Below, piece after piece: positions 39,071 to 48,808 of a stretch of DNA of 64,000 bases (positions are counted from its first letter, which is position 1; every line of letters begins with the position of its first letter). The notes beneath the pieces are model-generated. The model was not told the origin of the DNA, made no database searches, and saw only the letters and a list, made by a program, of their open reading frames with translations. The translations under genes and the position numbers were made by a program. The stretch lies in the NCBI GenBank assembly GCA_011911785.1, contig GCA_011911785.1_4084.1; one strand, given 5' to 3'. Source of the DNA: a phage.

Positions 39071-39245
39071 AATTTTAAAAAAAGAATATGATGGTGAAAG
39101 TCTATATGATATCCAAAGAGATGTGCATGAAGCTTTTGATTCAAGATTTAACCCATTAGCTGAACAAATCCCACAAGATGAATATGGCTTCCAACAAGGT
39201 ACATTTACTGTAACTATTACATGGAGTCCAGATAAGACTAATTAA
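39060..39245 (+). CDS. hypothetical small protein
   Basis: 61-aa ORF. Confidence 0.3.
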   Translation: MQIEILKKEYDGESLYDIQRDVHEAFDSRFNPLAEQIPQDEYGFQQGTFTVTITWSPDKTN

Positions 39246-39346
39246 ACTATTCATTGGTTGCAGTGCAATTGCAATTTATATGTTATGCCCAGCACCAATT
39301 AACACTGTTATGCTAATATGGTCAGTTGTTATTTTGTCTATTCTAT

Positions 39347-39372
39347 AAAGCACCCAAGTGGTGCTTTTTGTG
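39347..39372 (+). terminator. rho-independent terminator
   Basis: Hairpin aaagcacc-caagt-ggtgcttt followed by a T-tract. Confidence 0.6.
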
Positions 39373-39503
39373 TTTGTACAGTACTTAATCAATTGCACTT
39401 TTCCTTGATTTAGGTCAAGAGAAAAAGGCCAATATGAGGCTATAATGCTCTTTGTTGAAGTTAAATAAATTCACCCAAACGAATAACATACAAGGAATGT
39501 GAA

Positions 39504-41309
39504 ATGCAAATAGATAAATTATATACGGACGTAACTAACTTCCTCAACCAGAGTAACGCTGATTTAACAAACGAAAATGCAAATAAAGACGCTAAATGTG
39601 TTAATACACATCGTGATTTATTGGCAGGTATTCTTTCTAAACATTATTCCCAAGATGTGATTCCTGATGAATTGATGAAGTGGCATAATGAAGGTTACGG
39701 TCATATTCATGATTTAGACTATTACATTAGCCCATTAACAAACTGTTGTTTAGTTAATTATCCTGATATGCTTGCTAATGGCTTCATGATTGGTTGTGCC
39801 AAGATTGAAGAACCAAAAAGCTTTGGGGTAGCTTGTACAGTACTAACACAGATTGTTCAGGCTGTGGCAAGTTCACAGTACGGTGGTCAGTCGTTGGCTC
39901 ACATTGACACTGGCCTTGCACCATATGTACAAAAGTCATGGGATAAACTTCTAGAAAAACAAAAGAAATACAATCTTAGTACTGAATTCATCGAAGATGA
40001 GTTGCGTAAGGAAGTTTATGACGGTTGTCAAACAATTCTATATCAAACAAACTCAATGATCAGTACTAATGGTCAGGCTGCGTTCATTTCTTTGAGTTTA
40101 GGATTAGGTACATCTAAATTTGAAAAACTAATCACTGAACAATATTTGAAAGTACATGAAAATGGACTAGGTAAAGATAAGATTACTCCAGTATTTCCTA
40201 AAGTAATATTCTTTCTTCAGGATGGAATTAATATGAACAGTACTGATTGTAATTATGACTTAAAACAATTAGCTATGCGTTGTGCAGCTAAACGCATCTA
40301 TCCTGATTTTGTATCAGTACCTTTGAATCAAAAAGTTACTGGAAGCACAACTATTCCTGTTACTCCTATGGGATGCAGAAGTTTCTTAGGGAAATGGGAA
40401 AATACACAAGGAGAAGAAAAATACAATGGTAGATTCAACCTTGGCGTTGTGTCTATCAACTTACCACTAATTGCTCTTGAGAGTGAGTCTGATGGTGATT
40501 TCTTTGATAAGATTGACGAGCACATGAATATTGCTTACAGAGCACAGATGAACCGTGTAGAACGTTTAAAAGGTACAAAGGCAAAACAAAACCCTATACT
40601 TTTCGCTGAAGGTGCGATTGCACGTCTTGATCCTGAAGACACTATTGACCATTTATTTTATAATGGTTATGCTAGTATCAGTATTGGTTATGTTGGGTTA
40701 TCTGAGTGTTCAGAGATCCTCACTGGTTCAATTAGTAAAGAGTTCTGTATGAGTATTTTGAACTACATGAAAGCAAAATGTGATGAATTCAAAAAAGAGA
40801 GTAACATTGCATTTAGTCTTTACGGTACACCAGCAGAATCACTATGTTATAAATTTGCACGTTGTATTGAGGCAAAACATCCTTCAGTACTGAAACGTGA
40901 CTTTATCACTAACTCATTCCATCAACCAGTATGGGTTGAAAGTACACCTTTTGCTAAATGGGATTATGAGGAAAACTTTGCTTATCTAAGCAATGGTGGT
41001 AATATTAGCTATGTCGAAACACCAAATCTAGCTAATAATATACAAGCACTTGAAACATTAATAAATTTTGCTTATACTAAAATTCCATATTTTGGTATTA
41101 ATCAGAAGGTCGATAAGTGTTTTGAATGTGATTTTGAGGGTGAATTTAGTGTAGATAAAAATGGTTTCCATTGTCCGGTATGTGACAACCGCAATGAACG
41201 CACAATGTCGGTTATTCGCAGAGTATCAGGATATCTTAGTGCACCAAATAGTCGCCCGTTCAATAAAGGTAAACAAGCTGAAGTTATTCAACGTATACAA
41301 CACATGTAA
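39504..41309 (+). CDS. nrdD: anaerobic ribonucleoside-triphosphate reductase
   Basis: 601 aa; C-terminal zinc ribbon (CFECDF ... CPVCDN) followed by glycyl-radical motif RRVSGYL; adjacent nrdG. Confidence 0.9.
   Translation: MQIDKLYTDVTNFLNQSNADLTNENANKDAKCVNTHRDLLAGILSKHYSQDVIPDELMKWHNEGYGHIHDLDYYISPLTNCCLVNYPDMLANGFMIGCAKIEEPKSFGVACTVLTQIVQAVASSQYGGQSLAHIDTGLAPYVQKSWDKLLEKQKKYNLSTEFIEDELRKEVYDGCQTILYQTNSMISTNGQAAFISLSLGLGTSKFEKLITEQYLKVHENGLGKDKITPVFPKVIFFLQDGINMNSTDCNYDLKQLAMRCAAKRIYPDFVSVPLNQKVTGSTTIPVTPMGCRSFLGKWENTQGEEKYNGRFNLGVVSINLPLIALESESDGDFFDKIDEHMNIAYRAQMNRVERLKGTKAKQNPILFAEGAIARLDPEDTIDHLFYNGYASISIGYVGLSECSEILTGSISKEFCMSILNYMKAKCDEFKKESNIAFSLYGTPAESLCYKFARCIEAKHPSVLKRDFITNSFHQPVWVESTPFAKWDYEENFAYLSNGGNISYVETPNLANNIQALETLINFAYTKIPYFGINQKVDKCFECDFEGEFSVDKNGFHCPVCDNRNERTMSVIRRVSGYLSAPNSRPFNKGKQAEVIQRIQHM
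40883..40894. repeat. 12-bp palindrome TTCAGTACTGAA
   Basis: Exact 12-mer inside nrdD. Confidence 0.6.
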
Positions 41310-41318
41310 GGAGATATT

Positions 41319-41681
41319 ATGTCAATTCAAGGTAAACAAGTCATGTCTGGTGAGCACCGTGGAACTATCATGCTAATAGAAAATGATATTGCACGTATTA
41401 TTGTATCAAAGACCTTTTCCGAAGATGATGAAGTACTTTTGAGTACTTTTGATGGTGAGGTACTGCGTGATGTGGAAATTCAACACGCACCGAATATTGA
41501 AGGTGGTCAGCACTTGAATGTAAATGTTCTATCTAAAGAACAACTAATTGATGCACAAAATAATCCAGAAAAGTATCCGCAACTTACAATTCGTGTTAGT
41601 GGTTATGCAGTTCGTTTCAATTCACTAACAAAAGAACAACAAGATGATGTAATCAATCGTACTTTTACTAAAGGTCTATGA
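41319..41681 (+). CDS. grcA: autonomous glycyl-radical cofactor (GrcA/YfiD-like)
   Basis: C-terminus [42 protein letters not shown] closely matches my recollection of E. coli GrcA. Confidence 0.85.
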   Translation: MSIQGKQVMSGEHRGTIMLIENDIARIIVSKTFSEDDEVLLSTFDGEVLRDVEIQHAPNIEGGQHLNVNVLSKEQLIDAQNNPEKYPQLTIRVSGYAVRFNSLTKEQQDDVINRTFTKGL

Positions 41682-42013
41682 TGGACTTAAAACCAATTGT
41701 AGTTAACAAATATAAAGAACCATATGATGTGTATATAGGTCGTGGGTCCAAATGGGGAAATCCATTTACCCACATTAATGACAAACAAACAAAGGCAGAG
41801 TTTATAGTTCCGACACGAGAAGAGTCGATTGAGAAGTTCAGAGAGTATCTTATCCAAAGAATTGAAAATGGTGAGGTTACTATCGAAGAACTACTTGAAT
41901 TGGCTGGGAAGCGTCTTGGGTGCTTTTGTAAGCCAAAATCATGTCATGGTGATGTTCTTGTAGAAATAGTGAGTGCAATATTAGATGAATTACCAGACGA
42001 TAATCAAGGATGA
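41678..42013 (+). CDS. conserved hypothetical protein (DUF4326-like)
   Basis: Motif [10 protein letters not shown] plus C-terminal [11 protein letters not shown]; family assignment is from memory and uncertain. Confidence 0.4.
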   Translation: MMDLKPIVVNKYKEPYDVYIGRGSKWGNPFTHINDKQTKAEFIVPTREESIEKFREYLIQRIENGEVTIEELLELAGKRLGCFCKPKSCHGDVLVEIVSAILDELPDDNQG

Positions 42014-42464
42014 TTTAGTTAATGGGGAGGGAGTTAGATGCTCCCTTTTTGTTTCAGGGTGTAGCCACGGATGTGAAGAATGCTTCAACGAAAAAGCATG
42101 GGATTATCGCAGTGGTTCAGAATTCAGTACTGAAACAGTTGAAATCATCCTGAATGAACTTAACAAGCCATATGTACAAGGATTATCCCTTTTAGGTGGT
42201 GATCCATTGATGCCAAAGAATATCAGTACTGTTATTGAGTTATGTAAAGTAGTAAAAGAAAAATATCCAAATAAAGATATTTGGTGCTGGAGTGGTTATA
42301 CTTTAGAGGAAATAATAAATAATCATGCCTCCGTAATACTAGAGTACATTGATGTATTAGTTGATGGTAAATTTATTCTTGAAGAAAAGAATTTAGAATT
42401 ACCATTTAGAGGCTCTAATAATCAACGTATTCTTCGTAAAGGAGTAGATTATGCGTTATCTTGA
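41985..42464 (+). CDS. nrdG: anaerobic ribonucleotide reductase activating protein (radical SAM)
   Basis: N-terminus [35 protein letters not shown] matches the NrdG signature. Confidence 0.9.
   Translation: MNYQTIIKDDLVNGEGVRCSLFVSGCSHGCEECFNEKAWDYRSGSEFSTETVEIILNELNKPYVQGLSLLGGDPLMPKNISTVIELCKVVKEKYPNKDIWCWSGYTLEEIINNHASVILEYIDVLVDGKFILEEKNLELPFRGSNNQRILRKGVDYALS
42123..42134. repeat. 12-bp palindrome TTCAGTACTGAA
   Basis: Exact 12-mer inside nrdG, preceded by AA (aattcagtactgaa). Confidence 0.6.
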
Positions 42465-42609
42465 TATTATTTCGGAAAAGATACAGAAACGTGGAAATGA
42501 GTGGGTTGTTACTGACCACACAGGGAAGAAAGTTCTCGGTCGTCACCCAACAAGAAAAGAAGCACTTAAACAATTAAGAGCAGTTGAATTTTCTAAACAC
42601 GGCGGTTAA
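42451..42609 (+). CDS. small hypothetical protein (52 aa)
   Basis: ORF below the track threshold; ATG 42451 overlaps the nrdG 3' end; followed directly by a terminator. Confidence 0.35.
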   Translation: MRYLDIISEKIQKRGNEWVVTDHTGKKVLGRHPTRKEALKQLRAVEFSKHGG

Positions 42610-42616
42610 TATGAAG

Positions 42617-42641
42617 AAGCACCCTTTGGGTGCTTTTTTTA
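42617..42641 (+). terminator. rho-independent terminator
   Basis: Hairpin aagcaccc-ttt-gggtgctt followed by ttttt. Confidence 0.65.
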
Positions 42642-42647
42642 TACTAT

Positions 42648-42655
42648 TATAAATA
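42648..42655 (+). promoter_or_regulatory. T4-type late promoter element TATAAATA
   Basis: Exact tataaata 32 nt upstream of the ATG of the tail-fibre-like gene at 42687. Confidence 0.4.
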
Positions 42656-42686
42656 CACTATGGATATCTAGATAAAAGGGATATAT

Positions 42687-45386
42687 ATGGCAAAGAAAAT
42701 ATATGGTGGCATTGATGTTACACATAATGTAACAGTCAAAGGTAAGAGAAGTGTTCAGAGCATCAATGATAACGTATTTGATGAAAATGGCAATCTCACA
42801 ATAGATGCATATACACAAGATGATATGCTGGAAATGGTTGGTATGTTACCCATTTCTCGTTATGGTACACAAAACTATCTACCTGCTGGTGTCAATGGTA
42901 CAACAGTTGGTTCTTCAGAAAATGCTAGTTCCAGAAATACAAAATTATTTTTGGAAGATGATAACACTTTAGTAATGTTACGTCCGGGTACTAATGGAAG
43001 TTCACAGGGGATTTATTATAGTTATATGACCCAGGCGGTTGGTACAACAAATACAAGTCGTATGGTTAATACTACTCGTGCATATAAACCAAATTATTTT
43101 GGTGCTGGGTATGCAGTTTATTTGTATCCAAGCAGTGATGATATTACTTGTGGTTTGGTGAGAACTGAAAATTCTGATGGTACATATATTGATAGAGTTT
43201 TTGTTTCAGTCAATAATGGTACTATGAATGATACAATGCACACTGGTATTATTCTATCAGACCATACAGCCGTACAACCTTTTGGTGCAATACAATTTGT
43301 TATTCGTGCTGAAGATGGTTCATTATACTTTTTCAGTTTAGATACACCAAGCAATACTCTTAAAATATCCGTTACTAAAGTTACTTTTAGTCCAAGTAAT
43401 AACCCAGGTGGTGGTACTTATAGTACTACTAGAATTACTGGTTGGGCCACAAGAACTTTTTATAATGCAATGGTATATGATGACAATATTGTTCCAACTA
43501 TGAAAATAAATTCAACAAATACCAATGATAATCCATACGTTTTAATTCCAAGTGGTATTATTGGGTTTGGTGTTTATATGACAGATCCAGATTTATATGT
43601 TGCACAGAAATCTGGTACATCCGAATTCAGATTTAGATTATGTGGTGATATGTGGATGACAAATGGACGATATGACACACGCCCACAACACAGTTTTAGT
43701 ATGACTTTTGATGTTGTGACAAAACAATGTAAATTGGATAATATGTTAACGACTACACCAGTTGCTGTTAATGACACGGGTTCAAGTATGAATGTAACGG
43801 GTCAATGCATAACAAAAGATCCATTTTATCTTCACGCGGGTGGTCGTAATATTTTTAGTAATTATTGCTATGTACCATCAACTGGTGATGCATTTTGTTC
43901 ATTCTCACCAAACCTCGCAGAAGCATTGAATTTATCATACGCGAAATATCCACCACAGTCATTGTTTAATTTAATGAATGTTAGAAGTGTATCAGCAACT
44001 AATTTTATTAATGGTGTAGTATCACCAAGATTTGGTTCAGCAGTTGGATCATACCAAGTAGGCGTAGAGTTATTACCAAATAACAGTACTAAACAATATT
44101 CAAGACGTTCTGGTGATGGTCGTTTTTATCCATCCTATGCTGTACATAAAGCTACACCGAACTTCACATTTAAGTCTCTAGACTATGGTACTGTTCCTGG
44201 TTATGAACCAACACCAGACCGAGCGTTTATAACTACACCAGAATCTAGAATTTTTATAAGTTCAATTTCTGGATCAACGGTAACGACTAATGGTGGTGTT
44301 TTGGTGGCTGATAATAGAACATCAACTCCTATTAGTTTTGATTATAAAGGTAATGTACTGAATAATGGTACAATCAGTATGTCTCAAGATATAATGAATG
44401 CTATTCGAAATTCCGAATTTGCTAAAGTTGCTAGTTCATGGAATATATCACCAGAATCAATAAAAACATTATCTGTATTTGTTCCACAACAAACTGATAT
44501 TCCTGTTTTTGGTGTTCTTGCAGCATCTACTACAGCCCGTGGTTTATATGTACGAGTTGTTGAATTGAATGTCAATACAAGAACTGGTGATATTACAACA
44601 TGGTCGTTCAAACGTTTAGTACATGAAAGTGTTCAAGCTGGGGATTACAAAACAGATACCGCATATCATCTTGATAGTGGAAGTATTGGTATTACTATAT
44701 ATGATGCTGGTTCTTTCTACTTCATCGGTGGTGGTATTCCTGGGTTCTTTAATACTGTTGGTAATACAGCTTCACCATTTTTCCGTGCTACAGTAGATAA
44801 AGCAACTGCCCAATTTAATAATTTCCATATAGCGGGTCAGCGTCCGATCTATGCATTAGATGGTCAACCATTCGCTTTACCTAATATTGGGTTTGGTATT
44901 CTTCAAAGTATAGATAATACAAACAAAACAATTTTTAGAACATATGGTACTACATTAGCGGATTATAATGCATGGACTGATAAAGGAAATCCATTTATAT
45001 GTCTTGTTTCCCAAGATGTTGCTCAAGGTTTTATTATATACTTCACCGAAGAGACACCAGTACTGATATCCGGTAAACACTATACATTACCAATATCAAA
45101 TATAGATTTAACAACTGTGAAAGCAAATCCTGCCAATACTACATTTTATGTGTATATTAAATTAGTACAGGGTATTGCAAACTATCATATATCAACAACT
45201 GAATTAGCTGAAACTCATTCAATATTCTGGATTGGTACAGTGAAAACTGATAATTTACAAATAACCGAAATTAATATAGAAAAACGTTCTCGTTTAGACC
45301 TGTTTGGTTCATCATTCAACGCTGCCGGAAGTTCCTTCCCAGTAAGTTCTGGGTTCCCTTCAAGTTCTGGTAATGTGAATTGGTAA
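42687..45386 (+). CDS. putative tail fibre / receptor-binding protein (paralog A)
   Basis: 899 aa, Gly/Ser/Thr/Asn-rich; N-terminal (MLPISRYGTQNYLP) and C-terminal (SSGFPSSSGNVNW) modules shared with 45998..48739. Confidence 0.45.
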   Translation: MAKKIYGGIDVTHNVTVKGKRSVQSINDNVFDENGNLTIDAYTQDDMLEMVGMLPISRYGTQNYLPAGVNGTTVGSSENASSRNTKLFLEDDNTLVMLRPGTNGSSQGIYYSYMTQAVGTTNTSRMVNTTRAYKPNYFGAGYAVYLYPSSDDITCGLVRTENSDGTYIDRVFVSVNNGTMNDTMHTGIILSDHTAVQPFGAIQFVIRAEDGSLYFFSLDTPSNTLKISVTKVTFSPSNNPGGGTYSTTRITGWATRTFYNAMVYDDNIVPTMKINSTNTNDNPYVLIPSGIIGFGVYMTDPDLYVAQKSGTSEFRFRLCGDMWMTNGRYDTRPQHSFSMTFDVVTKQCKLDNMLTTTPVAVNDTGSSMNVTGQCITKDPFYLHAGGRNIFSNYCYVPSTGDAFCSFSPNLAEALNLSYAKYPPQSLFNLMNVRSVSATNFINGVVSPRFGSAVGSYQVGVELLPNNSTKQYSRRSGDGRFYPSYAVHKATPNFTFKSLDYGTVPGYEPTPDRAFITTPESRIFISSISGSTVTTNGGVLVADNRTSTPISFDYKGNVLNNGTISMSQDIMNAIRNSEFAKVASSWNISPESIKTLSVFVPQQTDIPVFGVLAASTTARGLYVRVVELNVNTRTGDITTWSFKRLVHESVQAGDYKTDTAYHLDSGSIGITIYDAGSFYFIGGGIPGFFNTVGNTASPFFRATVDKATAQFNNFHIAGQRPIYALDGQPFALPNIGFGILQSIDNTNKTIFRTYGTTLADYNAWTDKGNPFICLVSQDVAQGFIIYFTEETPVLISGKHYTLPISNIDLTTVKANPANTTFYVYIKLVQGIANYHISTTELAETHSIFWIGTVKTDNLQITEINIEKRSRLDLFGSSFNAAGSSFPVSSGFPSSSGNVNW

Positions 45387-45396
45387 TGGAGATAAT

Positions 45397-45987
45397 ATGG
45401 CTTATAAATTTAGATCTGATGTGGAAGCGTATGCTTCCGTTAAATCACAAGGAAAAAATACTGGGACCACGATAACTGATCGTTCTGGTAATGTGTATCA
45501 AGCTGATGCTAATGGGAATGTTGATGTACCACTCATGAGTACAGATGATGTGAATTACATTACCAGTTCCTTTCCGTTATCACAATTTGGTTCACTTTAC
45601 AGTACTGAACCATTGGGTATTTCTGCTGCTGGTTTCAATTTAACTTTCAGCAAAGAATTACCGTTATTCATGGCGGGAGCGGCGTATACCCTCCCAGCTA
45701 AAACAATAACAGATCCCGGTGTTTCTGGTACTAATATTGAAACACATTATGTATATGTTATATTAGATGTTGGGGTAGCTGACTACCTCATTTCTAAAAC
45801 TCAACGCCCTGAAAGTAGTGTTAATATGTACATAGGACAACTGACAGTTTTCCCAGATGGCATTACAGGGGTCAGTATAAATAAAGTGTCAAGATTTGAC
45901 GACTTCAGAGTAAGTGCTACAAAAATTGGTTCAGCTATCCCTATCAGTTCTGGTACACCAGATGTGAATAGTGGGACAGAATGGTAA
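45397..45987 (+). CDS. short tail-fibre-related protein
   Basis: 196 aa; C-terminus SSGTPDVNSGTEW is paralogous to the C-termini of both flanking large proteins. Confidence 0.4.
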   Translation: MAYKFRSDVEAYASVKSQGKNTGTTITDRSGNVYQADANGNVDVPLMSTDDVNYITSSFPLSQFGSLYSTEPLGISAAGFNLTFSKELPLFMAGAAYTLPAKTITDPGVSGTNIETHYVYVILDVGVADYLISKTQRPESSVNMYIGQLTVFPDGITGVSINKVSRFDDFRVSATKIGSAIPISSGTPDVNSGTEW

Positions 45988-45997
45988 AGGAATATAT

Positions 45998-48739
45998 ATG
46001 GCTTCGAGACGAATTATAGGAAACGCAGAAATACTAGGGAATTTGAAAATTAATGGAAAGTATGCATTACGTTCCTTTAATGGATTCCCTGCTGATTCTG
46101 CTGGTAAAATCACTTACCAATATTATGACAAAGCGGAAGTAGATCAGATGTTTGATATGCTTCCAGTTTCAAGGGTAGGTGATCAAGATTACCTACCGAT
46201 GAGTATTAACGGTACATTTGAAGGTGCTTCTTCCTTTTCATTTGAAAAAATAATGCAACCTTGTATCATTGAAAATGATGGTACTGGTGTAATTTTACGT
46301 GCAGGTACAAATGGAAGTTCTTATGGTTACTATTATGCTTATATTAAAAATATAAGAGATATAGAAACACTAACTCAAGATAATATAATTATAACCAACA
46401 CGATGTATAGACCTTCTGTGCTACCAAGTACTGATTACATTTATGAATTTTATGGGTCAAATGCATATGAATTACTATTTTGGGAATCAACTGATAGAGC
46501 ATCATACTACCTTACATTAACAAATGAAACATTAAATGAATCAGCACACAAACATTGCAGAATTCCAAAAACAGCAATAACAAATAAACCAATCTATGCA
46601 CACATCGTAAATGATTCAGTTTATATATGGTGTATGGATTCAAGTGTATTGAGTAGTGTTCGCGGGTGTGCATTTATCATATACACAGTACCTTTAACTG
46701 CATTTAATACTGGTTCAGTTTCGACAGTAACACAGATTAGTGGTTATTCAGGAAGAACTATAAGAAATGTAACATACACTGCATCTAATAATATTCGTGT
46801 TTATGATAGTTATTCAGTGTTGGGTTCAGGTGGTGATGCACTAATAGCATATGATAATGGTGTTTCCAGAATAGATTATTGGGAAAATAACGCATTTAAT
46901 ACCCAAGCAGTTCTTAGCCCTGATGGTACAAAAATAAGAGTAGCGATATATCCAGGGTTTCGTGTCTTTACCGCAACAAAAACATCTAGTGTATATGCAC
47001 TTGGTATCAGCTTTACATATGATATCAGTACTAAAACAATGACACTTGACGGTTCTGAACGTGGTCCAATCAGAGTATCAGCTAATACATCAACTGGTAG
47101 TATAACAGTGAGTAACCCGTTTTCAATCAATATGGAAAACTTTACAGGGTTTTATGATGGTGCACTTGGTAACTATGGTTCAATCTGTCAAACTTCTGAT
47201 GGTTTTGTTTTCACTACCAAAGCAAGATGGTCATCCATGCCGACCTATGCAGTACAAACATACAAAGTTTCTGGTACACCTTATGATAGTTGGGTTGCTA
47301 AAACACGTACTGGTAGTAATTTAAAACGTGTAGAAGTAATGCCAGTTTATGGCTCCCCTGTCGGTGAAAACTTAATAGGTGTTCGTTTCGTAGATAAACG
47401 TAAGATACTTGTTGCATGTTCTGGTACTGCTGATGGAATTTCTTATGGTTATGATAGTACAGTTTTTACTGAAATAGGTGAGAATCCAACTTATAGTTAT
47501 AAAAACTTGGAACAAAATACCACAATGAATGGTTTTGCACCATCAGGTAATAGACACTATTTAAGTACTGATTACAAATATGCAGGTATGGTAACATTGG
47601 TTGATGCCAATGGAAATGTCAGCACTTATGGATCTTCTTTAATAGAAGGTATCGATAAACCAGCTTATGGAAAATTCGACCCTGTTACAATGGACTTTAA
47701 CAGTGATAGATATGAAATTTCAGGAACTACATTATCAGGTATAGGTTATAATGCCGTTGCTAAAGCTGGATTGACTGGAATAACTGAACATAAAACTGTT
47801 TTTTATTATGTACCTGATACTACATATTCTAAATCTATTGCAGTCACTTCTGCACTAAACGGTACTACCAACGTGTGTTATATTATTTTTTCCGAAATAT
47901 CATGTAGTGCACTGGGTACAAGTGGTACTATAATTTTACGTGGTATTAGTGTTGATACAGCAAGATATACATCAATCACGAATACATTCCAAATTTCACC
48001 AAATGAAATGATCAAACGTTGGGCTGGTATGACTGTTGCTAAGTTTAGTGGTTTTAACTACTTAGGTGTGAACATTTTATATGGCATTGATACCCCAGGT
48101 TGGACTCGTTATCCTAACATGATTGCTAAAGTGAAAAATGGTATTATTTCAAGTCAACGATATATGGAAACAACTTATATTTCAAACGCACAATTTGATA
48201 TAGGTACAATTCCAGGGATTGGGTTTGGATATTACCAAATGAACAAAAACGATTATCAAACTAAATCAGTTTTTGCTGTATGTGGTACTACTGAAGCAGA
48301 TATGGATAAACTAATATCTGGTAATGAAACGATATCACAGTACTTAGTTGTTGCTTCACAGGATGTGGCACAAGGGTTCAACGTGTACTTTTCACAAGAA
48401 GTACCAGTTTTCTTGGGTGGAAAGTTTGCAAAGATACCACCGACTATGATAGACTTATCTACCATAAGTACTACACCAGATAATTCAACATTCTACATAT
48501 ATGCGGTTATGGATAGAGGTACATCTACAGCATCGTATCAGATATCACTATATCAATTATCAGAAACTATGACATCAACCTACATTGGTAAGATAGTAAC
48601 TGATGCTAATGGTATTGCATCAATCGAGTCTGAAAAAGTGTCCAGATTCTTGCTATACCGCCCAAGTACCTACAATCGTGGTTCTGCTATCCCAGCTAGT
48701 TCTGGGTTACCATCACAATCTGGTACTCGTTGGAGTTAA
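45998..48739 (+). CDS. putative tail fibre / receptor-binding protein (paralog B)
   Basis: Start set to ATG 45998 (MASRRIIGN) with aaaggaa RBS; MLPVSRVGDQDYLP and C-terminal SSGLPSQSGTRWS. Confidence 0.45.
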   Translation: MASRRIIGNAEILGNLKINGKYALRSFNGFPADSAGKITYQYYDKAEVDQMFDMLPVSRVGDQDYLPMSINGTFEGASSFSFEKIMQPCIIENDGTGVILRAGTNGSSYGYYYAYIKNIRDIETLTQDNIIITNTMYRPSVLPSTDYIYEFYGSNAYELLFWESTDRASYYLTLTNETLNESAHKHCRIPKTAITNKPIYAHIVNDSVYIWCMDSSVLSSVRGCAFIIYTVPLTAFNTGSVSTVTQISGYSGRTIRNVTYTASNNIRVYDSYSVLGSGGDALIAYDNGVSRIDYWENNAFNTQAVLSPDGTKIRVAIYPGFRVFTATKTSSVYALGISFTYDISTKTMTLDGSERGPIRVSANTSTGSITVSNPFSINMENFTGFYDGALGNYGSICQTSDGFVFTTKARWSSMPTYAVQTYKVSGTPYDSWVAKTRTGSNLKRVEVMPVYGSPVGENLIGVRFVDKRKILVACSGTADGISYGYDSTVFTEIGENPTYSYKNLEQNTTMNGFAPSGNRHYLSTDYKYAGMVTLVDANGNVSTYGSSLIEGIDKPAYGKFDPVTMDFNSDRYEISGTTLSGIGYNAVAKAGLTGITEHKTVFYYVPDTTYSKSIAVTSALNGTTNVCYIIFSEISCSALGTSGTIILRGISVDTARYTSITNTFQISPNEMIKRWAGMTVAKFSGFNYLGVNILYGIDTPGWTRYPNMIAKVKNGIISSQRYMETTYISNAQFDIGTIPGIGFGYYQMNKNDYQTKSVFAVCGTTEADMDKLISGNETISQYLVVASQDVAQGFNVYFSQEVPVFLGGKFAKIPPTMIDLSTISTTPDNSTFYIYAVMDRGTSTASYQISLYQLSETMTSTYIGKIVTDANGIASIESEKVSRFLLYRPSTYNRGSAIPASSGLPSQSGTRWS

Positions 48740-48746
48740 AAAAATT

Positions 48747-48777
48747 AAGCCTGTCTATTGACAGGCTTTTCTTTTAT
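48747..48777 (+). terminator. rho-independent terminator
   Basis: Hairpin aagcctgtc-tatt-gacaggctt followed by a T-tract. Confidence 0.6.
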
Positions 48778-48786
48778 CCGTATAAT
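48758..48786 (+). promoter_or_regulatory. consensus sigma70 promoter (TTGACA-17 nt-TATAAT) overlapping the terminator
   Basis: Perfect -35 at 48758..48763 (inside the terminator 3' arm) and perfect -10 at 48781..48786; RBS aggagg and ATG 48809 downstream. Confidence 0.55.
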
Positions 48787-48808
48787 GCTAAAAAACTAGG
48801 AGGAAACT

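Noticed and set aside
39407-39448. Possible promoter upstream of nrdD (-10 TATAAT at 39443)
   Set aside because: No acceptable -35 at 16-18 nt spacing and no convincing MotA-box-like element; left unannotated.
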